DNA from: a virus
DNA length: 64,000 nt
Reading direction: 5' to 3' (one strand)
IMG/VR virus record: IMGVR_UViG_3300017605_000956
Coordinates: 14,479-78,478 of that record
In this document: piece after piece, positions 56,171 through 63,604 of the stretch
How positions within the stretch are numbered: the first letter of the stretch is position 1
Layout of the letters: every line of letters begins with the position of its first letter
Made by a program: the position numbers and the translations under genes
Notes under the pieces: generated by a model
The model's input: only the letters and a program-made list of their open reading frames with translations
The model's database searches: none
Told to the model about the DNA's origin: nothing

Positions 56171-56509
56171 ATGCCGAATCCGTGGGACAAGCTCTCGGGC
56201 GAGCTGCTCGAAACCCTGAAGATCAGCGTCCACGACTTCATCGACACTGAGAAGCAGGAGGTCGTCGATTTCCTCCGCGAGAAGTCGGTGGAGATCGCCA
56301 AGCAGACCTGGGTGTCCCTCAACGGGACCGACGAAGAGCGGGCCGAGGCCATCGGCAACCTCCGCCACCTGAAGGCTCAGGTGGTGGGCCAGGCCGCGAG
56401 CATGGAGCTCGTGGCGACGACGGCCGCGGTGAAGCTGCTCGGGAAGGTCTTCGAGGTCGTGGTGAACGTCGCGCTCCAGTATGGCGTGAAACTGCTGGTC
56501 GCACTCTAG
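56171..56509 (+). CDS. helical hypothetical protein
   Basis: RBS GAGGAGG before ATG 56171. Confidence 0.65.
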   Translation: MPNPWDKLSGELLETLKISVHDFIDTEKQEVVDFLREKSVEIAKQTWVSLNGTDEERAEAIGNLRHLKAQVVGQAASMELVATTAAVKLLGKVFEVVVNVALQYGVKLLVAL

Positions 56510-56611
56510 CGAAAACGCGCTAGAATGCCCCCAGATCGACGCATTGGCGAGGGGTGGTAGCGCGAGTCGTTGTGGCTCGAATTGGCGCGACTGGTGGCGA
56601 CTGGACGAGTG

Positions 56612-56642
56612 TTCGCATGGGGGGCGCAGCCCCCCATGCGAA
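56612..56642. repeat. perfect hairpin with GCA triloop
   Basis: TTCGCATGGGGGGC-GCA-GCCCCCCATGCGAA. Confidence 0.9.
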
Positions 56643-56660
56643 GAAGGCAGGAAGGAACGA

Positions 56661-58010
56661 ATGCCGAGCCAGCTTCTTGAACTGGGCGCAACGCAGCTCC
56701 TCGAGCTGGGCAACACCCGGCGCATCTACATGGGCGACACGCCCATGCCCCAGACCGTCAAGGCGGTCTACGACTTCGTCAATATCTTCGAGGACCCGCT
56801 CGCCGCGACCGGGATCAGCGACGACGACCTGACCCCCGAGGCGCTCTCGATCGTCAACCGGATCCGGACCGTCAACAAGCGCGTCCGGAACAGTCTCGAT
56901 TCCACCCTTTCGCTCGGAGACATCTCGGGGTACGACGACGTCCAGAACCTCGCGTACCAGCTCAACGGCCTCTACCTGGGCAAGAGCTTCTTCAAGCGCG
57001 CGGTCAAGGCGGTGAAGCGGATCCACAAGACCGTCGCGAAGAAGATCGTGAACGTGGTGAAGTCGCCGGCGTTCCTCTCGGTGGCGGCGCTGGTCGTGAA
57101 CGTGATCCCCGGCGTGGGCCAGGCGGCCTCCGTGGCGCTGGCGGCGGCCGCCGCGGCGCGCAAGGTGTACGCCCAGAAGGTCGACGAGAAGAAGGCCAAG
57201 CGGGCGCAGAACGCCTTCAACGCCCAGCAGCAGGCCGAGTTCCTGAAGGAAGTGAAGGACTACAATCGGAAGACGCAGGAGTACTACGAGGCGGCGAACT
57301 ACCCGATCCCCAACGGCCAGCTCATCGACGCGAACGGCAACCCGACGAGCGACCCGAAGCAGGCCCCCGGAATCAAGTACCCGATCAACATCAACGGGAC
57401 GATCTACCAGGACCCGAACCCGGTCGCTACCCCCGGCCCCGGAGTCGTGACCCAGCCCAACCCGGCGACCCCCGGCGCCGTCTCGGTGTCTCCGATTCCG
57501 GTGCAGGCTCCTCCGACCCAGCAGCAGATCACGCAGGCGGCCGCGCTGCCGGCGGCCATGGCCCTCACCAACGGCCAGGGCGCGTGGCAGGCGAACGCGA
57601 TCCTGCACTCCTTTGACATGGGGACGCAGCAGCAGATCGCGGGCGAGGTCTCCGAGATCCAGAAGTTCGTGAACGACCCGAGCTTCCGCCCGACGTCCGT
57701 GAAGGCCATCGGGCAGTTCGTGGCGATGTCCGAGTTCGACCGTGGCGCCGGCACGAACATCATGACCGAGGAGCAGCACGCTCTGGCCGATGCGGTGAAG
57801 GCTCACGCGACCCCCGAAGTGTGGAAGGCGATCGAAGCGGGCCGTCAGGCTCTGGTCACGTCCGCCGCGATCGACGGCAAGGATGCCGCCGCAGCCATCC
57901 AGGCTGCCATCGACAAGGGGGCGAGCTCTGGCGTCCCCTGGACCTACATCCTGGTGGGCCTCGGGGTTGCGGCCGCGGGCGGAGTGGGTTATGCTCTTGC
58001 GCGGAGATAA
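56661..58010 (+). CDS. C-terminally membrane-anchored virion protein with internal basic amphipathic helix
   Basis: LYLG-KSFFKRAVKAVKRIHK..IPGVG; C-terminal TM followed by RR. Confidence 0.75.
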   Translation: MPSQLLELGATQLLELGNTRRIYMGDTPMPQTVKAVYDFVNIFEDPLAATGISDDDLTPEALSIVNRIRTVNKRVRNSLDSTLSLGDISGYDDVQNLAYQLNGLYLGKSFFKRAVKAVKRIHKTVAKKIVNVVKSPAFLSVAALVVNVIPGVGQAASVALAAAAAARKVYAQKVDEKKAKRAQNAFNAQQQAEFLKEVKDYNRKTQEYYEAANYPIPNGQLIDANGNPTSDPKQAPGIKYPININGTIYQDPNPVATPGPGVVTQPNPATPGAVSVSPIPVQAPPTQQQITQAAALPAAMALTNGQGAWQANAILHSFDMGTQQQIAGEVSEIQKFVNDPSFRPTSVKAIGQFVAMSEFDRGAGTNIMTEEQHALADAVKAHATPEVWKAIEAGRQALVTSAAIDGKDAAAAIQAAIDKGASSGVPWTYILVGLGVAAAGGVGYALARR

Positions 58011-58013
58011 ACG

Positions 58014-59072
58014 ATGAGCATCATGGTCGTTCCCAACCGGATCCGCGACCTGGGTCGCTTCACCATGGGCGCGGAACCCGCGTCGATGATGAATCCCGCC
58101 GACCTCAAGATCCTGATGCTCCTGTCGACGAAGGACCTCCTGCGCCTCGGGCAGATGATCTCGGCAGGCCGGAAGATCGTGTCGCAGAAGATGGGCGGCC
58201 TGATCGGGCAGCTCAAGCCCGCTCTCGACTTCCTGGGCTCGGTTCGTTCCACCCTCTCGATCCTCGGGATGAAAGCGGATGAGTCGACGCTCGAGGCGAC
58301 GGCCGAACAGGCCAGCGTCTTCAAGGCCTCGAGCGATGCCGTGACGCTGATCACCGACCAGGCCGACATCGTCCTCGACGGCATCGCTCGGCTGGTCAGC
58401 AGCCGCGAGCAGAGCTGGCAGGTCGGCTACACGAGGTACACGAGCTTCGAGGGCGTCCAGGTCGTCGGCAGCGGCGTCCAGGGCGGCATGAAGCTGGTGT
58501 CGCTCGACTTCCCCGGCCAGAGCCTCTGGGACTGCGTGGAGTACCTCTACGACAATCGTGGTCTGGTCGACACCGTGAAGAAGGCCTCGGCCGAAGCCGG
58601 TCTGAGCGGCCTGCCGCTGGTGATCGGCATCGTCGTGGTCATCCTGGCGCTGATCCTCGCGATCTACAATCTCGCGAAGTACCTCATGGACTCCAAGAGC
58701 CGCGAGGCCGAGAAGCTGCGCGACGCGAAGCGCAAGAACGTCGAGACGCGGGTCCTGAACCAGGTGGTCATCGACCAGCGCCAGTCGGAGCTCAACCGGA
58801 TCCTGAACACGCCCCCCGAAGAGCGGACGCAGTCCGACGCCGGCCGGATCGCGGCCCTCAAGGTGGAGCTCAACTCGCTCACCGCGGCGAACGCCGGCCT
58901 CGAGGCTCAGGACAACGAGATCGACAAGAGCCTCGAGCAGGCCAAGAACGCCGATGACATTGTCGAGAGGCTGAACAAGGCGGTGGGCTCCGGGATGACC
59001 GTCCTGACCTACGGCCTGGCGGGGCTCGGCCTCCTGCTCGCGGGTTACGTGACGTGGAAGGTGATCGCGTGA
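58014..59072 (+). CDS. two-TM coiled-coil virion membrane protein
   Basis: TM LPLVIGIVVVILALILAIY after GLSG; C-terminal TM. Confidence 0.75.
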   Translation: MSIMVVPNRIRDLGRFTMGAEPASMMNPADLKILMLLSTKDLLRLGQMISAGRKIVSQKMGGLIGQLKPALDFLGSVRSTLSILGMKADESTLEATAEQASVFKASSDAVTLITDQADIVLDGIARLVSSREQSWQVGYTRYTSFEGVQVVGSGVQGGMKLVSLDFPGQSLWDCVEYLYDNRGLVDTVKKASAEAGLSGLPLVIGIVVVILALILAIYNLAKYLMDSKSREAEKLRDAKRKNVETRVLNQVVIDQRQSELNRILNTPPEERTQSDAGRIAALKVELNSLTAANAGLEAQDNEIDKSLEQAKNADDIVERLNKAVGSGMTVLTYGLAGLGLLLAGYVTWKVIA

Positions 59073-59593
59073 AGAAGACCTGGCTCAAGGGTGGCATCTC
59101 CAACCCGACGCCCTCGGGCGGCTCGGGCGGGAAGGGTCGCCTCAAGGGCGTCCCCTTCTTCTCGAAGTACTTCGCCAAGCGCGAGGTCTCGAAGCGTGAG
59201 AAATCGGTGAAGGCCGTCTCGGACAAGATCAAGAATCTCGTGAACGCCGAGAGCACGAAGGTCGAGAACGCGATCCGCAAGGCTGAGGACACCAACGACC
59301 ACAAGCTGATCGTCCGGGCGCGGTCGCTGCGCGACCAGCTCGAGCGCGCGTCGTGCAAGGAGCCCGACTTCGAGGAGGGACCGGACGAGGGCTCCGAGCC
59401 GAAGGCTCCCAAGATGACGAAGGCCGAGCGGGAGGCGCTGCTCAGGGACTGCGCGGCCGCCGCGAACACGGCCACTGGCATGAACTGGGAGTCGACCCGC
59501 GGCCACTTCTCGACGAAGGATCCGGCCAAGCTCGAGGTCGCGAAGCTCTGGCAGTCCACCTACGAAAGTTGCCAGGCCCAGAAGGGCCTTTGA
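59069..59593 (+). CDS. basic helical protein
   Basis: GTGA coupling; LKG motifs. Confidence 0.65.
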   Translation: MKKTWLKGGISNPTPSGGSGGKGRLKGVPFFSKYFAKREVSKREKSVKAVSDKIKNLVNAESTKVENAIRKAEDTNDHKLIVRARSLRDQLERASCKEPDFEEGPDEGSEPKAPKMTKAEREALLRDCAAAANTATGMNWESTRGHFSTKDPAKLEVAKLWQSTYESCQAQKGL

Positions 59594-59616
59594 TTTCATA
59601 TCTCTGGAGGAATGGA

Positions 59617-60174
59617 ATGGAGAGCATCCACAAGGACACCACGGTCAAAATGCAGCCCCGCAACGAGCTCGCCTCGGAGCAGGCGAAGTGGGATCGCGAC
59701 GTCTCGGCCATCCTGAAGAAGGTCCAGTTCCGGGGCACCGTCTACATGATGCTCGGCTACATCGTGTACGGCCTGGGCTCGGTGGCGATCATGTGGTTCA
59801 TGAGGAGCCAGGCCGCCCTTGCGACGGCGATGGTGATGTTCTTCTTCCAGCTCTGCGTGATCTACTTCGGGTGCAAGGTCATTTTCCCCAACATCGCCGG
59901 GGCCTTCCAGGTCGGACTCCTCGCCAACCGAAACTCGATGCCCGCCTTCATCAAGCTGGCCGAGGTCGCCGGCGACCAGGACAACTCCCCCCTGATCAAG
60001 TCGATCAAACAGGCGGGACTTGACATCAAGGCGACCGGGGATACAATCCGACAAGAGATCGCGGGGTTGAGGGAGGCGATGGTGAAGCCCATCGCCCCGC
60101 CGTTCAAGAAGATCGTGCCGCCCCCGATCGCGGAGACGAAGAGTGCCGAACCCGCCCAGACCTCCGGCGCCTAA
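59617..60174 (+). CDS. two-TM membrane protein
   Basis: RBS GGAGG; two hydrophobic helices. Confidence 0.7.
   Translation: MESIHKDTTVKMQPRNELASEQAKWDRDVSAILKKVQFRGTVYMMLGYIVYGLGSVAIMWFMRSQAALATAMVMFFFQLCVIYFGCKVIFPNIAGAFQVGLLANRNSMPAFIKLAEVAGDQDNSPLIKSIKQAGLDIKATGDTIRQEIAGLREAMVKPIAPPFKKIVPPPIAETKSAEPAQTSGA
60020..60047 (+). promoter_or_regulatory. intragenic sigma70-type promoter upstream of the repeat protein
   Basis: TTGACA-16nt-TACAAT. Confidence 0.55.
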
Positions 60175-60288
60175 AACGACGGCTCCCGTCCAGCCGTCGG
60201 TGAATATCAACATCGTCCAGCGCGGCAAGCCCGCCAAGACCGTTTCGGTCAAGCCGGGGTGCTGCCTGAGTAAGAAGGGAGCCACCAA

Positions 60289-61830
60289 ATGAGCCGGAAC
60301 GCCCACTTCTCGCTGCTCGGCAACATGGGCACGTCCTATGCGCCCGACGCGGAAGGCTCCGCCGAAGGAGACATCCTCGGCGTCTCGGCTTACGACCTCG
60401 CCGGTCTGCGCGAGGACGATGCTTCGGTGCGTCTCGGCGTCAGCGCCTACGACCTGGCCGGTCTCCGCGAGGACGACGCGGCCGTTCGCATGGGCGTCTC
60501 GGCGTATGACCTCGCCGGGCTCCGGGAGGACGACGCCGAGGTTCGGATGGGCGTCTCCGCCTACGATCTCGCGGGCCTCCGCGAGGACGATGCGGCGGTG
60601 CGCCTGGGGCTCACCGACTTCGACGGCGCCAGCGGCAGCGCCGAGGGCTCGGCGGCCGGTCACCGGGTCGCCCAGATGGGCCTGCTCGTCTCCGACGGCC
60701 GCATGGGCGGGATGGTCGAGGACCACTACGACATCCGCATGGGCGTGTCGGCCTACGACCTCGCGGGGCTGCGCGAAGACGACGCGGCGGTCCGCATGGG
60801 CGTGAGCGCCTACGATCTCGCCGGCCTGCGGGAAGATGACGCGGCCGTCCGAATGGGCGACTCGCGCTACGGCGCCCGCTACGGCACCCAGTACCGCCTC
60901 CTGCGGTACAAGGGCGACTACGGCACCGAGTACACCCGGCTGCCGGGCCGCCGCCTGGCGAAGGGCAAGAAGCGTCGCATGGCCGACGTCGACTCCATGA
61001 GCGCCGAGGCCATGGCGATCGAGCAGTACGGCCAGATCGCGGGCGTGACCAACACGTTCCGGATGGGCTACATCCTGCGCGGCCTGCGCGAGGATGACGC
61101 CTCCGTCCGGATGGGCGTGTCCGCCTATGACCTGGCGGGCCTCCGGGAAGACGACGCCGCCGTGCGTATGGGCACGGCCTACGCCGACGATGCCACGGGC
61201 AGCGCCGAAGACCCCTCGGGCCGCGCGGGCCTGGGGGTTTCGGCCTACGACCTGGGCCGCCGGCGCGCGTACCCCTACAGCGTCGACGGCGCGGAAGTGA
61301 ACCCGCCCGCGATGCTGGCGGCCGATGGCTTCCACGAGCGGTTCCCCGTCCGCCTCCGCGGGCTGGGCCGGATCAACCTGGGCAACATCGCCTGGACCGA
61401 GGCCATGCCCCGGCTCCAGACCGCGATCGCGCAGGAAGCGAAGCTCTACGCCCGCGTCCTGCGGCTCAACGACACCTCGAAGGCCGCGATCATGACCCAG
61501 GTCGCGAACCTGAACGCGCTCGACAAGGGCCAGCTCTTCAACGGGCAGCTCACCGTCTACCTCAACGGCGGCGAAGCCCACTGGCTCGCTCACGAGGGGA
61601 CGCAGCGCCGGCTGTTCGCCACGGAGAAGATCATCCCCACGGTCGACGCGATGCTCACGGCCTACGAGCGGGGCGCCACCCCGGACGAGGCCCTGAAGGC
61701 GGCTCTCGCCAACGTCGACAAGCGGATCGACGACCTGAAGAGCGGTTTCATGCAGTACGCCCTGCCCATCGGCGGCGGAGTCGTCGCGGCGGGCATTATC
61801 ACCGCTCTGGTCCTGAGCGCCTCCAAGTAG
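60289..61830 (+). CDS. 19-aa repeat, polyprotein-like membrane-anchored protein
   Basis: 7 full VSAYDLAGLREDDAxVR(M/L)G units plus partials; C-terminal TM. Confidence 0.85.
   Translation: MSRNAHFSLLGNMGTSYAPDAEGSAEGDILGVSAYDLAGLREDDASVRLGVSAYDLAGLREDDAAVRMGVSAYDLAGLREDDAEVRMGVSAYDLAGLREDDAAVRLGLTDFDGASGSAEGSAAGHRVAQMGLLVSDGRMGGMVEDHYDIRMGVSAYDLAGLREDDAAVRMGVSAYDLAGLREDDAAVRMGDSRYGARYGTQYRLLRYKGDYGTEYTRLPGRRLAKGKKRRMADVDSMSAEAMAIEQYGQIAGVTNTFRMGYILRGLREDDASVRMGVSAYDLAGLREDDAAVRMGTAYADDATGSAEDPSGRAGLGVSAYDLGRRRAYPYSVDGAEVNPPAMLAADGFHERFPVRLRGLGRINLGNIAWTEAMPRLQTAIAQEAKLYARVLRLNDTSKAAIMTQVANLNALDKGQLFNGQLTVYLNGGEAHWLAHEGTQRRLFATEKIIPTVDAMLTAYERGATPDEALKAALANVDKRIDDLKSGFMQYALPIGGGVVAAGIITALVLSASK
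60382..61257 (+). repeat. 57-bp coding tandem repeats
   Basis: 4 copies 60382-60609, 2 copies 60745-60858, 1 copy 61117-61173, partials at 61081 and 61237. Confidence 0.9.
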
Positions 61831-62166
61831 GTGAAAATCGCCGTCTTTGCGCTGGCGGTGTACGGCGCCGCCATCTCGGTCGCGCTCCTCAAGGTAGGGG
61901 CGCCGGTCCGGTGGGTTCTCTCCCGCCTGGACTACATGATCTTTCGCAACGAGCAGGGCTCCTGGCTGAAGACGCTCTCCGAGTGTCCCGCCTGCCTGTC
62001 CTTCTGGATCTCGTTCCTGCTGTCGTACTGGCTGATGCCGATCGGGACGGCCGGACCAACGCTGCTGGAGGCGCTCCTCACGCGGGGGATCTGGTCGGTC
62101 GCGATGGTGGGCTTCACCTGGATCGTCCACGTCACGATGTCCAAGCTCGGGCAGTACGAACTCTAA
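61831..62166 (+). CDS. DUF1360-like membrane protein
   Basis: LSECPACLSFW motif with TM segments. Confidence 0.7.
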   Translation: MKIAVFALAVYGAAISVALLKVGAPVRWVLSRLDYMIFRNEQGSWLKTLSECPACLSFWISFLLSYWLMPIGTAGPTLLEALLTRGIWSVAMVGFTWIVHVTMSKLGQYEL

Positions 62167-62179
62167 GGAGGCACCTCCC

Positions 62180-62464
62180 ATGTGGTTTCTCGTGTACCCC
62201 CTGGTCGCCGCCGCCGGCGGCGCGCTCTGGGAGCTGGTCCTCCGCCCCGCGCCCAAGGACGAGGTCGTGCAGTACGACGCCGACGCCAGCCTGGTCGACG
62301 CCAACGAGGTCGCTCTCAAGAACAAGGGCATCGACTGCGACATCTTCACCAACGGGGCCTACCACTGGATCATGGTGAAGAAGGCCGATCGCGCGAACGC
62401 GGTCGCGGTCATCAGCGACTCCACGCGGCAGTGGGTCGCCACCAAGAACCGCATCCCCACATAG
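62180..62464 (+). CDS. N-terminally anchored small protein
   Basis: RBS AAGGAGG; hydrophobic N-terminus. Confidence 0.65.
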   Translation: MWFLVYPLVAAAGGALWELVLRPAPKDEVVQYDADASLVDANEVALKNKGIDCDIFTNGAYHWIMVKKADRANAVAVISDSTRQWVATKNRIPT

Positions 62465-62473
62465 GAGGCTGCC

Positions 62474-62599
62474 GTGGCGAGAATGAAACCCAAGGCGAAG
62501 TTCGTGAAGAAGGGCGGGGCGTGCCCCGTCGGCTGGAACAAGAAGGTCATCAAGGTGAACGGTGGGACGCGGGAGCTGTGTCTCGCGCCGAAGAAATAG
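62474..62599 (+). CDS. 41-aa basic peptide (CPxG..C)
   Basis: Not in track; RBS AGGAGG; MARMKPKAKFVKKGGACPVGWNKK..ELCLAPKK. Confidence 0.7.
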   Translation: MARMKPKAKFVKKGGACPVGWNKKVIKVNGGTRELCLAPKK

Positions 62600-62630
62600 T
62601 CGTCGGCTTTTTGTGTAGGAGGATCCTCAG

Positions 62631-62726
62631 ATGGCACGTCGCGTGAAGGCCCGGAAGAACGGGACCTGTCCCCGCGGCTCGCGGCACCACAAGGGCCGCA
62701 AGGGCTGCTTCAAGGTCCGTCGGTAG
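62631..62726 (+). CDS. 31-aa basic peptide (CPxG..C)
   Basis: Not in track; RBS AGGAGG; MARRVKARKNGTCPRGSRHHKGRKGCFKVRR. Confidence 0.7.
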   Translation: MARRVKARKNGTCPRGSRHHKGRKGCFKVRR

Positions 62727-62862
62727 TCGGCTCGTGCCGGTCCTCTCCTTCACGGGGGAGGACCGGCGCCCGGCTTTCCCTTCGAGCAGACTCGGGCGAA
62801 CACTTCTCGTCTGCTGCCACTTCCGCTGAAAGCGGAATAACTCGTCTCTCCCCTACGAAACC

Positions 62863-62890
62863 TTGAATTTGGCCTCAACCGCGGTATACT
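62863..62890 (+). promoter_or_regulatory. sigma70-type promoter
   Basis: TTGAAT-16nt-TATACT. Confidence 0.6.
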
Positions 62891-62956
62891 GCCCCCCAGG
62901 GCGGCTTACTACAACGGGTAGGCCGGGGCCACCTGAGGATGGAGGAAGCTGGCAGG

Positions 62957-63604
62957 ATGGCGGACATCTTCAACGTCCACCGCGGCGGCTACCGCGCAGC
63001 GAAGGGAGAGTCGAAGTCCTCGCAGGACAAGGTCCTCCAGCGCACCGAGCTGCAGGCCCTTCTCGACGCTCCCAAGAGCGATCACCGTCGGTACGGCTAC
63101 GACGCCTACGACCTCTTCGCGATCGCCGGCAACTTCGGGCTGCGGTGCAGCGAAGTTCTCAGCCTCGAGTTCGACGACTTCTCTTCGATCCGCTCGGGGT
63201 ACTTCCGCGTCTCGACGCTCAAGCGCCGGAAGAACCTCCAGGACCGCGTCTACACCGGAGACGCTGGCCGCAAGCTGCTCGAGAGCACGGTGCTCCCCTC
63301 GCGCCGGCGCGTCGTCGGACCGAAGGGCTCGATCCTCTTCCCGTTCGGCGCGCGCACCGCGCGCTACCTCTTCGCCTACTACGCCGAGAAGGCCGGGATC
63401 TCGCCCAACGTTTCGTTCCACGCGCTCCGCCACACCGCGGCTCGAATGCTGCTGATGTCGATGCGGAAGAGCGAGCTCGCCAACGAGGCGATGAACATCG
63501 TGACCTGCTTCCTCCGCCACAAGCCGTCCTCCACGCAGATTTACACGGAGCCCTCCGCCGAGGAGATGATCCAGGCGATGAATCTGCGTGGAGTCGTGCA
63601 GTGA
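62957..63604 (+). CDS. short tyrosine recombinase (catalytic domain only)
   Basis: GLRCSE (R), TLKRR (K), HALRH (HxxR), LRH, TQIY (Y); RBS GGAGG. Confidence 0.9.
   Translation: MADIFNVHRGGYRAAKGESKSSQDKVLQRTELQALLDAPKSDHRRYGYDAYDLFAIAGNFGLRCSEVLSLEFDDFSSIRSGYFRVSTLKRRKNLQDRVYTGDAGRKLLESTVLPSRRRVVGPKGSILFPFGARTARYLFAYYAEKAGISPNVSFHALRHTAARMLLMSMRKSELANEAMNIVTCFLRHKPSSTQIYTEPSAEEMIQAMNLRGVVQ

Noticed and set aside
60382-61257. 57-bp repeats as a CRISPR array or DGR template
   Set aside because: Head-to-tail with no unique spacers, variation mainly synonymous, and no cas operon or reverse transcriptase
59596-62352. Long minus-strand ORFs (also 50168..52369, 47511..49520, 42785..44842, 35023..36651, 25394..27325)
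   Set aside because: Antisense shadows of high-GC plus-strand genes: no recognisable motifs, and they fully overlap well-supported CDSs
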